This document shows positions 1 through 8,382 of a DNA stretch of 44,707 bases, piece after piece (position 1 is the first letter of the stretch; every line of letters starts with the position of its first letter). Source of the stretch: Escherichia phage phiEco273. The notes beneath the pieces are model-generated. The model searched no databases. It saw nothing but the letters and a program-made list of their open reading frames with translations, and had not been told where the DNA came from. Location of the stretch: sequence record PP786691.1. One strand, written 5' to 3'. The position numbers and the translations under genes were made by a program.

Positions 1-860
1 CCGTGGTGGAAAAATAGCGTGGTCTTGCCGTGCTGCACCATTTTGTAGACGTCCGGGGACGTATCCACATCGACGCGCGGCTCGTTCTCGTACAGCGTGT
101 TGAACATCTCAGCAAGCCAAATCATGCCCGACTCATCATGATTCCCCTGGACGATTAGCAGTTTGACTTTGTGGTGTTTTTGCAGCGCCAGTTCGACGAC
201 GTTGCGCACCATGCGAATCATGTAGCGGACCAACTTCTGGTATCGGGTGTCGGCGTCCAGTATGTGACCACTTGCCGGAGTGACAGCATCGAGGCTATCA
301 AAGTGGGCCATATCACCGAGGATATTAATTACGGCAGTGCCTGCGTCCGGGGCGCGTGCGAAGGCTTCGACAAACCAGCGGTAGAACAGGTCTTCGGCGA
401 TCGCCATATCCCAGTCTTCGCCAGTCTCCTCGCCCCATGCCAACATGCCCAGGTGGAAGTCTGACACGGTGTACAGGTTGAGCAAGTCGAGCGCCTGGAT
501 CGGTACTGGCGGGGCGTTTACTGGCGCTGCCGGTGTGATTTCGCTGTTCATACCCTCGACAACAGCGCGCATAGCTTCGAGTTGGCGCTCTTTGTCCTGC
601 TCAGTGATGACCCACGACATGACCTCTTCGCCATTGCCGCGTACCAGGGCCGATACGCGCTTAACACCGAAGCCATCGGCAACGCGCTTGCGGATTACAG
701 CGTCATTGCCGTGTCCAATGCCTTTTTTCGACAGGCGGGCTTTCCGCATGTAGACGTTTCGGAGGGATAAACCGTACTTCTTAGAAATCTCTTTCGATGT
801 AGCGCCGGATTGTAATTCAGCAATCAATTGCTCGTCTGTGATTTTAGTTTGCGGGTGCAT
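1..860 (-). CDS. Calcineurin-like metallophosphoesterase with N-terminal HTH-like region; N-terminal part (ORF runs off the window start and continues in frame at 44425..44707)
   Basis: ATG at 860-858 preceded by AGGAAG; hand translation gives DFHLG, GDMAHFD, GNHD, FHHG motifs; no stop before coordinate 1. Absent from the ORF track because it is open at the window edge. Confidence 0.7.
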   Translation of the reverse strand, partial: MHPQTKITDEQLIAELQSGATSKEISKKYGLSLRNVYMRKARLSKKGIGHGNDAVIRKRVADGFGVKRVSALVRGNGEEVMSWVITEQDKERQLEAMRAVVEGMNSEITPAAPVNAPPVPIQALDLLNLYTVSDFHLGMLAWGEETGEDWDMAIAEDLFYRWFVEAFARAPDAGTAVINILGDMAHFDSLDAVTPASGHILDADTRYQKLVRYMIRMVRNVVELALQKHHKVKLLIVQGNHDESGMIWLAEMFNTLYENEPRVDVDTSPDVYKMVQHGKTTLFFHH

Positions 861-956
861 AATTACTTCCTGATTATGGGGCCAGGGACAATATATCACG
901 GGACTTATCGAGGCGGGCAATAAAAAGCCCGGAATTAACCGGGCTTGATTGTTTAC

Positions 957-1121
957 GTCACGGGGTCAGATTCTTCCTGTGGTGGCGGGCTAGGCAGCTT
1001 CGCGTCAAAGACGCCCGCATGGCTGATAGTGTCCGCGATGATAGCGCGTGCGCCAGGATCTTCGGTTTTAGCCAGCGCGGCGAGCGCGTCAGCGTTATGA
1101 TCAAGAATGCTTTTTAACATA
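957..1121 (-). CDS. small hypothetical protein (54 aa)
   Basis: ATG at 1121-1119 with GAGGT 9 nt upstream; fills the gap between endolysin and phosphoesterase genes; below the ORF-track size cutoff. Confidence 0.3.
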
Positions 1122-1136
1122 CTGTGTTACCTCGTA

Positions 1137-1628
1137 TTATGCTGCGTTACGCCCGATTTTCTCGGCAACGTCCCACTGCTTTCCATCAAACAACGCCTGT
1201 CTGCCGATTGCACGGCGCACCAGACCCTTAAGCACTTCGCCACCTTGCTTGCGGAACTGCGGCAGAGTATCCCGTACCTTCGCCCAGTCGCCCAACCGCA
1301 CCGCATCATCGAAATCGTTCGCGACGTCATCCGGCACGATCGGACCAGGACCGGCGTTGATTACCAGATCCACCAGCGCGTCGAATTGCGCCTGGTTAAT
1401 GCTCGGATGTGCGTATTTGTTCACCCAGTCCTCGGCATACGCCACATCGCGCTTGAGCAGTTCCAGCGCTTCCGCACGGGTAATGCTTCGTGGCGGGTTA
1501 GTTCCGGTGTGACCATAGCCCCAAGTATACAGGCCGCGGGCCTGCTCTTTCTTGGTCGCGAAATACGGCACTGGGCTGAAAGCCTCCCATGCTGCCGTAA
1601 ATCGTAGACCGTTATCACTGAATCGCAT
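1137..1628 (-). CDS. endolysin, phage lysozyme (GH24-like muramidase)
   Basis: 163-aa ORF; N-terminal E...YxxxxxxxTxGxGH-type lysozyme signature (EAFSPVPYF...GLYTWGYGHTG); sits immediately downstream of two small membrane proteins. Confidence 0.75.
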   Translation of the reverse strand: MRFSDNGLRFTAAWEAFSPVPYFATKKEQARGLYTWGYGHTGTNPPRSITRAEALELLKRDVAYAEDWVNKYAHPSINQAQFDALVDLVINAGPGPIVPDDVANDFDDAVRLGDWAKVRDTLPQFRKQGGEVLKGLVRRAIGRQALFDGKQWDVAEKIGRNAA

Positions 1629-1860
1629 GTTTTACCCCATTCAAAACAGCATTACGCAGGGTGCGCAATGCAAACAGCCAGATTAACGCGGTCCAGGTGG
1701 CATCAGAGACGTCCCCCGTTTGCAACAGCCCGACAATACAGGTCATTGCTGTTAGCAGATATAACACCCGACCGAAGAAGCCATCCTGAACGGACGGCGC
1801 ATACACGTTAAACAGGGACGAAGCCCCTATGATAACAAACAACAGGACGGTGATAATCAT
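1615..1860 (-). CDS. small membrane protein, holin/antiholin-like
   Basis: 81 aa, two hydrophobic segments, overlaps endolysin start; position in lysis cassette. Confidence 0.5.
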   Translation of the reverse strand: MIITVLLFVIIGASSLFNVYAPSVQDGFFGRVLYLLTAMTCIVGLLQTGDVSDATWTALIWLFALRTLRNAVLNGVKHAIQ

Positions 1861-2147
1861 TTTGCGCCCCCCGGAAGGTGTAGCGACGCAATTGTCTCCC
1901 GGATCCGGTCAGCGATTGGCATCCAGAAGATGGCAGTTACGAAGCCCAAACCGGCAACAGTGCGCTCACCGGACAAACCAGACCACTCGGCAATAGCTGG
2001 CGCACCAAATATGGCGCACAGGAAGCCAACTACGACATATAAAACGAAGTTCAACGGCCCTTTCGTTGCCTCGCCATGAATGCGTGCGCCGACGAAGCCA
2101 CCAGCAAGACACGCAAGGGCGAATAACCACTCGTTTAGCTTATCCAT
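1857..2147 (-). CDS. holin-like membrane protein
   Basis: 96 aa with 2-3 predicted TM segments, 4-nt overlap with downstream ORF. Confidence 0.5.
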   Translation of the reverse strand: MDKLNEWLFALACLAGGFVGARIHGEATKGPLNFVLYVVVGFLCAIFGAPAIAEWSGLSGERTVAGLGFVTAIFWMPIADRIRETIASLHLPGGAK

Positions 2148-2199
2148 AAAAAAGTCCCAGTAAGTTTTATCTCACTGGGACTATATCACGCTTGCATAA

Positions 2200-2487
2200 T
2201 TAATCGAAAATGGACCACTTGCCGACGCCTTTCCACTCCCACCCTTCCGAACGGACGGCCTCGAACATCCGGCCCCCTATCATATCGCGATACCACAGCC
2301 ACCACATGCGCAACCTGGTCGGGTGCTCCGTGATTCCACGGCGCTTGTATATCTGGAACGTCATGCGGGTAATGCTGGCGGCTTCCACGGCGGGCCAAAT
2401 CAGGAAGACCCACACCAACAGCGCCAGCACCATAGCAAAGAGTGTCGCGCACCCCAATCCAAACCAATATATCAAATCGTGTAGCAT
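2200..2487 (-). CDS. small membrane protein (hypothetical)
   Basis: 95 aa, two hydrophobic helices; preferred over the overlapping Arg-rich frame 2186..2530. Confidence 0.4.
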   Translation of the reverse strand: MLHDLIYWFGLGCATLFAMVLALLVWVFLIWPAVEAASITRMTFQIYKRRGITEHPTRLRMWWLWYRDMIGGRMFEAVRSEGWEWKGVGKWSIFD

Positions 2488-2608
2488 CGAATTGCCCCTT
2501 CCGGCTTGCCAATATGGCGCGCCCAGGCACGCGCCACGAAGTAATTGCGAAATACCCGACCGCCTATCTCAAAGCGGTTGTGCTGAAGCATATCCCGGAT
2601 CGTCGCAC

Positions 2609-3148
2609 TCATTTCTGAATGACCCCGCGCGGATCGGTAGACTTCATGCTGCCGTCGGGGTAGACCAGAATAACACCAATCCCAAATCGTTTGGCATCGT
2701 TGCCAGCCTGAATCATGGCGGCAGCTTGCGCCCTGGCGTTGTCGATATGCTCGCGCACCTTGCGCTCGTCGTATTTGGTATATGGGTGTTCCGTACGGGT
2801 GATCTCTTTCGCCACTACACCAGGGCGCTTAAGTTTATAGTTACGGCCTACGCGGGCGTAATTCACCAGGCCCGTGAGCAGAACGCCGCGTTGTGTTTTA
2901 CCACTGCGCAGCATAACGCCGTCCGTGCTCACGCGGAGCACCTCTAACAGCGACCCGTCACGCACATCACGCAGCACATCACCTACGCGGACGTCATGGT
3001 GCACTACCTGCAAATGCTCATGCAGGGTGGCTTTCTTGTACCAGAATACGCGGTCGCTGGCTTCATGGTACATGCGAACATAGTTCGGCAGCACTTCAAT
3101 CGGGGTAAGGAATCTCCCATTATGCTTATTGCGGAATATCATTTTCAT
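2609..3148 (-). CDS. hypothetical protein
   Basis: 179-aa ORF, protein-like composition, no recognised motif. Confidence 0.5.
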   Translation of the reverse strand: MKMIFRNKHNGRFLTPIEVLPNYVRMYHEASDRVFWYKKATLHEHLQVVHHDVRVGDVLRDVRDGSLLEVLRVSTDGVMLRSGKTQRGVLLTGLVNYARVGRNYKLKRPGVVAKEITRTEHPYTKYDERKVREHIDNARAQAAAMIQAGNDAKRFGIGVILVYPDGSMKSTDPRGVIQK

Positions 3149-3305
3149 TCTGTCAATCTCCTGTAGTTACGAACTAATGTGAGGCGCGAGATAGTGCGGC
3201 GAGTACCACACTTAGGGTGTGAAATAGTCACGTTGCCGTTTGCTTCTTCTGTCACGAAGTAAGTCAGTCGCGTGGCCTTACTCCGCCAGCGTTCAGGTTG
3301 CTTGT

Positions 3306-3575
3306 TCATTTGCTCAGTCTCCAGTGTTTTCCTGCCCGCTCAATGGCAGGCTTCCGGCGTAATGTAATACGAACACCCATTGGTTGCAAGGAAGTCCGCA
3401 CATAGAATCCGTGCTTCGCTGCGAACTGGCGCAAGTAGCGGGTCTGCGTTAATGGCTTCACATCGTCGCGATAACTCCAGAACACAGAATCGCCCTCATT
3501 CGCATTCTCAGCCCATATTCGTATGCAATGCAGGCTAATGCTCCAGGAAAGCCGTTTTGCGCGTCTGCGGTCCAT
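3306..3575 (-). CDS. hypothetical protein
   Basis: 89-aa ORF in operon context. Confidence 0.35.
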   Translation of the reverse strand: MDRRRAKRLSWSISLHCIRIWAENANEGDSVFWSYRDDVKPLTQTRYLRQFAAKHGFYVRTSLQPMGVRITLRRKPAIERAGKHWRLSK

Positions 3576-3584
3576 TTTACCCCC

Positions 3585-3890
3585 TTATTTCGCAAGCTGG
3601 GCGAATAGCTCGCGCTGGGCTTTAATCCGGGCGACGTTTGTCACTGCCGTCTCACCGATCCCGAAGCGATACGCCAGGCGCTCGCGGGCAAAAGCCATCG
3701 CATATTCGCAGATTGCCACGCGCAGCGGTTCCAGTTCGTCCAGGCTGGCAAACATATCATCGAACGCGTGCATGATTCCCTGCTGGGCCAGGATGACAAC
3801 CTGGCGCGCGTCGTCTGCGTTGCCGTCTGTGTGCTTCGCTTCATACAGCTTCGCCACCGCCATTGTGTAATTCCAGATTAAAGCTCTCAT
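3585..3890 (-). CDS. hypothetical protein
   Basis: 101-aa ORF; ATG at 3890 preceded by GAGGA and by a TATATTGGTTGCACACCAACA element also found upstream of the 38330 gene. Confidence 0.5.
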   Translation of the reverse strand: MRALIWNYTMAVAKLYEAKHTDGNADDARQVVILAQQGIMHAFDDMFASLDELEPLRVAICEYAMAFARERLAYRFGIGETAVTNVARIKAQRELFAQLAK

Positions 3891-4105
3891 CGTTCAGTCC
3901 TCATGTTGGTGTGCAACCAATATAGCAGGGTGCTGGGGCGGGCGCAACCAATATTAATCACGCGTATGAAAAGTTGATCGCTATCTGCTGAAACTGCAAA
4001 CTGCATTTTTCACCCACCATTCTGCAACTCGCATTGGTTGCCTAGTTCATCGACGACCGCAATTTACATCATGTTGCCGTGCATTATGCAATCCAGGATT
4101 TTATG

Positions 4106-4290
4106 CAGTCTCAGACGAGGGGGGTGCCAGACCCCCCGTCTAGTCTGAAAGACTGGGGTGCTGTCCCGCTGTCCCGCTCCTCGCCAGGCCGCGTCATCCG
4201 GGGCGGGACAAGGGTGCTGTCCCGCTTTGTCCCGCCCCTGGTCTGTCCCGCTTTTTGTCCCGCTTAGTTTATGCAGTTTTATTGCATAAC
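4106..4290. repeat. Repeat element copy 1: imperfect GC hairpin (GACGAGGGGGG...CCCCCCGTC) followed by 6 direct and 1 inverted copy of GTCCCGC and TTATGCA(G/A)T motifs
   Basis: Direct reading; about 85 percent identical over ~185 bp to 32399-32585 in the same orientation. Confidence 0.8.
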
Positions 4291-4369
4291 TATTCACTAT
4301 ATTTACACTACACGGCAACCAATACGACCGCCTAAAAGCACGCAAAATGGCAACCAATGCGCGCAAAAT

Positions 4370-4600
4370 TTAATCTTTTAAATCGTCATCGGTCGCTGAA
4401 AGCGTGATGGGGATATCCGATTTGATGACCAAATTAGACGACCCATAGATGGCCCCGGTGTGCGGATCGGTATAGAAACCTATCACTCCGCGCTCCACCA
4501 TATCGTCGATTGCCTTCGTCGAAGTGCCACCTTTTGCCAGCCCAGCCTGGCGGACAATTGCCGATTTACTGAATCCAGTATGGTCCGGGTTGTCTTCCAT
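4370..4600 (-). CDS. hypothetical protein (76 aa from internal ATG overlapping primase stop)
   Basis: ORF 4370..4627; ATG at 4600 overlaps upstream stop by one base, suggesting translational coupling. Confidence 0.4.
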   Translation of the reverse strand: MEDNPDHTGFSKSAIVRQAGLAKGGTSTKAIDDMVERGVIGFYTDPHTGAIYGSSNLVIKSDIPITLSATDDDLKD

Positions 4601-6633
4601 CAGTTTTTCCAGTGCCGCATAAAGCACTTTCTCTTTTCGTTGCGCGGTCCGGCGGTGTTCTCTTCCTTAACCGCGGCCTTGCCTGCCGCCTTCGCCTGTT
4701 CAATAGCGAACGGTGCCAGGGCAACCGGTACGAGGTAGAGAGTCTCGTCGCGTGGCGTGGAGGCAATTGGCTTGACGTCCCATCCGGCAACCACGTCGCC
4801 GAAGTCTGGCCCGGTGCTGGTGGACTGGTGCGCCTCGAACGCTTCTGACTTGCGGAGATCTACCTTAACCTTGCACTTGAGCAGGACGAAGCCACGCGGC
4901 GCTTGCTTGATGCCGTTACGTGACTTCTCATGATACAGGTTCAATTGTCCGGGCTGGTTGTCGTCCGGCTGTTCCAGGAAGAACGCAGAATCGACAGCAC
5001 CATGCAGCGCGCCGGACCCGCGTGGCGTTCTGCTGCCGTTTGCACCTTTAGCCGGGTGGTGGATGACTCCCGCACTACCACCTGTATTTTCCGCGATGGC
5101 CTTCAGCGCTTTGACCACTTCACCCATATCGCTGGCGTTGTTCTCGTCGAACGGTTTAGCATCCGCGGACCGCAACGCAACAGTCTGGTTTAGTGAGTCG
5201 AACGCCACCAGGCCAACCGGTTCGCCGTTAGCGGTGCGGTTGATAAAGCTGATAACTTCGCGCAAGCCTGATTTGCTGGTGATATCCCAGCCGCGTGACT
5301 GCAGGTCTATAATGTGCAGCTTGTCCAGGTCGTGCTCATATTTAATCTGCAATGCTTCTTTACGCTGGTTGGAGGCTTCGCCACCTTCCGCATCGAAATA
5401 GAAGCAATGAGACTGGACGACCTTCGCACCGCCAAACGGAATACCGGCGGCAACCGCTCCCATCTGGCCCAGCACATAGAAAGACTTACCGATATTCGAC
5501 TCGCCAGCCATGTACCAGGTCGATTTAAAGTTAATCAACCCCTCGATAATCGGGTCGTGCTTACTGAACAGCGCAACCGGCTCGTTATCCAGATCCGCAT
5601 CGGTGCACACGCCGTATTCTTCGCCGTCGCCAACCGCATCAACGATATGTTCATAGCACGATTCCACTTCTTCGTCGTCCAGCCCCGGAAGGATGGCGGC
5701 GATTTGCTTACGGGACATATTGTGTGGCTCGACGTTCAGGTGATCCGGGATCCCGATAAGACGTAGCGCCAGGTGCTGGTGTCTGTTCAGTTCCGAGCAA
5801 CACTCGTTACCGGTGTGCATACACTTGAAACGGATCTCGCCATCCTTGACCATGATAGCCGTCGACCCTTCGCCGCTGTGCAGATGTTCGTTCGGGCACG
5901 GCACTTCATAACCGCGACCGGAAGATAACTCCTCGAATCCTGCCTGGAAGCACCAGTCCAGAATACCGTCTGCCACTGCGTCGTCACCCTGGGTAAGCTC
6001 GCGGCGTACTTCCTCTTTTTCCACCCCCAGCTTGTCAGCCAGGCGGAGCAGACGACGGACGCGGGCGCGCTTGCCATAGTGGCACTTAATAACAGACTGC
6101 TGGTGTGGCAGGTACATCAGGCGGTTTGTGTCTTTCGTGCAATCGTCGAAGTCCACATCTGACAGACCCAGTTGGTGTAATAGTGCATACTGGACGCGGC
6201 CCAGGTCTTCAGCCGGTACAGGCTTGTCAGTGAGTACCAGGAATCGAGCGCAACGCGTGCCGCCTTTCAGTGGGTGACGGTCGCCGGTTGTGGTGTGAAA
6301 TACGTGTTCCAGCCCCGCGTCAATGAACGCCTTACGGCAGCGGCGTAGGGTGCGGGTGTCGGTACGGTCAATATCGAAGAACAGGATCGAGCGGTCCACC
6401 GCACTGGTCTTACGACGCAATCCGTCACTGGTATACGCCACGATGCCGTCGGCCTTACGCTTGCGGCGCGCATACTCGGCTTTATCTTCCGTCTTGTTGA
6501 TATGCACCGAGGAGATTTCTTTCGCATCTTTGATAAATTCGAAAAATTCATCGGTGGTCATCTGGAAGTTTTCCGCCCTGGCTTTTTCGCCTTTTTTAGC
6601 GGGTCTTGTAACAGCGAATTTAATTAAGCTCAT
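4600..6633 (-). CDS. DNA primase/helicase (N-terminal primase-polymerase-like domain, C-terminal RecA/DnaB-like P-loop NTPase)
   Basis: 677 aa; Walker A GESNIGKS in C-terminal half; N-terminal region with acidic FFDIDRTD motif resembling prim-pol domains; AAGG RBS. Confidence 0.7.
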   Translation of the reverse strand: MSLIKFAVTRPAKKGEKARAENFQMTTDEFFEFIKDAKEISSVHINKTEDKAEYARRKRKADGIVAYTSDGLRRKTSAVDRSILFFDIDRTDTRTLRRCRKAFIDAGLEHVFHTTTGDRHPLKGGTRCARFLVLTDKPVPAEDLGRVQYALLHQLGLSDVDFDDCTKDTNRLMYLPHQQSVIKCHYGKRARVRRLLRLADKLGVEKEEVRRELTQGDDAVADGILDWCFQAGFEELSSGRGYEVPCPNEHLHSGEGSTAIMVKDGEIRFKCMHTGNECCSELNRHQHLALRLIGIPDHLNVEPHNMSRKQIAAILPGLDDEEVESCYEHIVDAVGDGEEYGVCTDADLDNEPVALFSKHDPIIEGLINFKSTWYMAGESNIGKSFYVLGQMGAVAAGIPFGGAKVVQSHCFYFDAEGGEASNQRKEALQIKYEHDLDKLHIIDLQSRGWDITSKSGLREVISFINRTANGEPVGLVAFDSLNQTVALRSADAKPFDENNASDMGEVVKALKAIAENTGGSAGVIHHPAKGANGSRTPRGSGALHGAVDSAFFLEQPDDNQPGQLNLYHEKSRNGIKQAPRGFVLLKCKVKVDLRKSEAFEAHQSTSTGPDFGDVVAGWDVKPIASTPRDETLYLVPVALAPFAIEQAKAAGKAAVKEENTAGPRNEKRKCFMRHWKN

Positions 6634-6643
6634 TGCCGTGGCC

Positions 6644-6973
6644 TTACTTCGAAGTTTTGTTATTGCGTACCCAGGAGCGCACGGTGCTCTGGTTAATCCC
6701 TGTCAACTCCGCGATCATCGCCCATGACTTTCCCTCGGCGCGCAAACGGATAACCTGCTTTTTGTATTCTTCCATTTCCTCATTGTGCTTCTGCAGCTTG
6801 CTCGCCGCCGTGCCGTTCAGCAATTCCAGCCTGGCGCGTAATTCTTTTTCTACACTGCGCAGGCGCTCGACCTCAAACAGCACCGCCCCAACGGCATCGG
6901 TATAAGCCCATGACCGGCTTGTTTCACTGCTAACAGTCTTCGTTAACATTTCGATTGCGTCGTTTACATTCAT
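6644..6973 (-). CDS. HTH DNA-binding protein, candidate transcriptional regulator
   Basis: 109 aa, coiled-coil middle, C-terminal HTH-like segment (KSWAMIAELTGINQSTVRSWV); first gene of leftward operon, directly downstream of a palindromic site. Confidence 0.55.
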   Translation of the reverse strand: MNVNDAIEMLTKTVSSETSRSWAYTDAVGAVLFEVERLRSVEKELRARLELLNGTAASKLQKHNEEMEEYKKQVIRLRAEGKSWAMIAELTGINQSTVRSWVRNNKTSK

Positions 6974-6987
6974 TGCTCTGCCCTCAG

Positions 6988-7033
6988 TTGGTTAATGACC
7001 AACGAAACTACACCCAAAACTGCACGGTGTCAA
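6988..7033 (-). promoter_or_regulatory. Leftward promoter (-35 TTGACA 7033-7028, 17-bp spacer, -10 TAGTTT 7010-7005) overlapping perfect palindrome GTTGGT-N5-ACCAAC (6988-7004)
   Basis: Sequence read on minus strand; palindrome lies at the predicted transcription start. Confidence 0.5.
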
Positions 7034-7148
7034 ATCCTTTGGATATTGAAACGGGCGCGCACGCGTGTAATAATAATTCCCGTCTCATTGTCTCTTATTG
7101 GTTAGCGCCGTTGCATTTTGCCTCGGCGCTTTTTTTTGAAATTAGTTG

Positions 7149-7177
7149 TTGACTCCCTTCTGCAACCAATCTAATAT
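7149..7177 (+). promoter_or_regulatory. Rightward early promoter: -35 TTGACT (7149-7154), 17-bp spacer containing GCAACCAA, -10 TAATAT (7172-7177)
   Basis: Near-consensus sigma70 hexamers with 17-bp spacing and AT-rich upstream tract. Confidence 0.55.
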
Positions 7178-7375
7178 GCACTCCGTCGACAGGATGCAGG
7201 ACGCAAACTGGAGAGGGGCAACGCAGGGGCCGGATCGAAGTGTCAGGATTCCCAACCGTGATTATATAACCAGGTCCACTACCCGAACGGGAGAACGCGT
7301 AACCTGGCAATATGTTAAGGCCACCGACGAAGTTAACTGCCGACACCTAAACTTAACCAATCGGAGATATAAAAC

Positions 7376-7894
7376 ATGTTTGAACAAATCGTAAACCTGA
7401 TTACTCGCGGCGTAGTAGCACTGGAAACCATCGCTAAGCATTATGAAACCGTTGGCGCTGCCGTTGGTAAGCCGGAAGACAAGAAGCCGTCTAAGGCCAA
7501 AAAAGAAGTCGTAGAAGATGACGACGATGAAACCGAAGACGAAAAACCGGCGAAAACCAAAAAAGCACCGGCTAAAGGTAAGGCCAAAAAAGAAGTCGTA
7601 GAAGATGACGACGATGAAGAAGCCGAAGACGAAAAACCGGCGAAGGGTAAAAAAGCACCGGCGAAAGGCAAAGGCAAGAAAGATGCCGATCCGCTGGCAG
7701 AGATGCGCGACGAGATCAAACAGTATGCCGCTATTATCGCTGGTGGTGACGACGACGATGCCAACGACGAATTCGACGACCTGCTGGAATCGTTCGAGAT
7801 CAAATCAATCGCCAAGCTGGAAGATGACGACGTCGAAGACTTCCACAAAGATCTTAAAGAAATCGTCGAAACTTATTTCGAACTGGAAGATTAA
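7376..7894 (+). CDS. highly charged acidic/basic repeat protein (172 aa), function unknown
   Basis: First ORF of rightward operon; internal 87-bp tandem duplication (7495-7581 / 7582-7668) encoding KAKKEVVEDDDDExEDEKPAKxKKAPAKG; followed by hairpin terminator. Confidence 0.65.
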   Translation: MFEQIVNLITRGVVALETIAKHYETVGAAVGKPEDKKPSKAKKEVVEDDDDETEDEKPAKTKKAPAKGKAKKEVVEDDDDEEAEDEKPAKGKKAPAKGKGKKDADPLAEMRDEIKQYAAIIAGGDDDDANDEFDDLLESFEIKSIAKLEDDDVEDFHKDLKEIVETYFELED

Positions 7895-7900
7895 TATTAT

Positions 7901-7930
7901 CCGGCCCGCTAATCTGCGGGCCTATTTTAG
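7901..7930 (+). terminator. intrinsic terminator (GGCCCGC-loop-GCGGGCC + T-rich tail)
   Basis: Hairpin plus TATTTTA directly after stop of 7376..7894. Confidence 0.5.
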
Positions 7931-7941
7931 AGGACGAGACA

Positions 7942-8193
7942 ATGGCACGCTTCACGCTAATCGAGGCGGTGGATTCCCGCGACCAGCGCCCGTACTATTG
8001 GCTATTCGAACGCATAGGCAGCTTTCAATCCCGCGTTGCCGTAATAGATAAACGCCGTAACACACCCGCGCAAATTAAGCGCACCACCTTTACTAATCCC
8101 GACTTTTATATTTGGGCGGATTCCAATCTGGAGTATGTTCGCTTTGCAGTTGCATCCGAAGCAAGAACGATTGACCGCTGGGAGACGAAATAA
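7942..8193 (+). CDS. hypothetical protein
   Basis: 83-aa ORF. Confidence 0.4.
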   Translation: MARFTLIEAVDSRDQRPYYWLFERIGSFQSRVAVIDKRRNTPAQIKRTTFTNPDFYIWADSNLEYVRFAVASEARTIDRWETK

Positions 8194-8382
8194 ATGGCTA
8201 TATTCTTTGTTTTATTTCGTTGCCGTATTACCGGCGACGAGCAACCGGAAATTGTTATGAATCAAAACTGGAATTGCTGCTGGATGCAAGCCCGAGGACT
8301 GGCGGCTACCATGAACAATGCCGCTAAGCGGGCCAATGTTGAACATGACTATTACATTGCTCAATTTACACGGGTGGAATGA
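8194..8382 (+). CDS. small hypothetical protein
   Basis: 62-aa ORF, Cys/Trp-rich; weak. Confidence 0.25.
   Translation: MAIFFVLFRCRITGDEQPEIVMNQNWNCCWMQARGLAATMNNAAKRANVEHDYYIAQFTRVE

Noticed and set aside
171-770. Three overlapping plus-strand ORFs (171..464, 445..753, 582..770)
   Set aside because: All antisense to the junction-spanning phosphoesterase gene, which has clear catalytic motifs.
2186-2530. 114-aa minus-strand ORF overlapping 2200..2487
   Set aside because: Arg/Gly/Val-rich with no hydrophobic core; the alternative frame encodes a plausible two-helix membrane protein.
2210-2947. 245-aa plus-strand ORF
   Set aside because: Antisense to the 2200..2487 and 2609..3148 minus-strand genes; no RBS; His/Pro/Arg-rich, low-complexity translation.
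4106-4290. Possibility that the GTCCCGC arrays are CRISPR arrays
   Set aside because: Repeat unit is only 7-8 bp with irregular 8-16 bp spacing and mixed orientation; CRISPR repeats are 24-48 bp with regular spacers; no cas genes are present.
4064-4366. 100-aa minus-strand ORF (and 4079..4267 plus-strand ORF) across the repeat region
   Set aside because: Both frames are carved out of the GTCCCGC repeat array and the hairpin; the translations are repeat-driven (Pro/Arg/Gly runs) and lack start context. The region is better explained as non-coding regulatory DNA.
7441-7848. Ser-rich 135-aa minus-strand ORF
   Set aside because: Antisense reading of the GAT/GAA/AAA-rich repeats of the acidic protein gene; low-complexity artefact.
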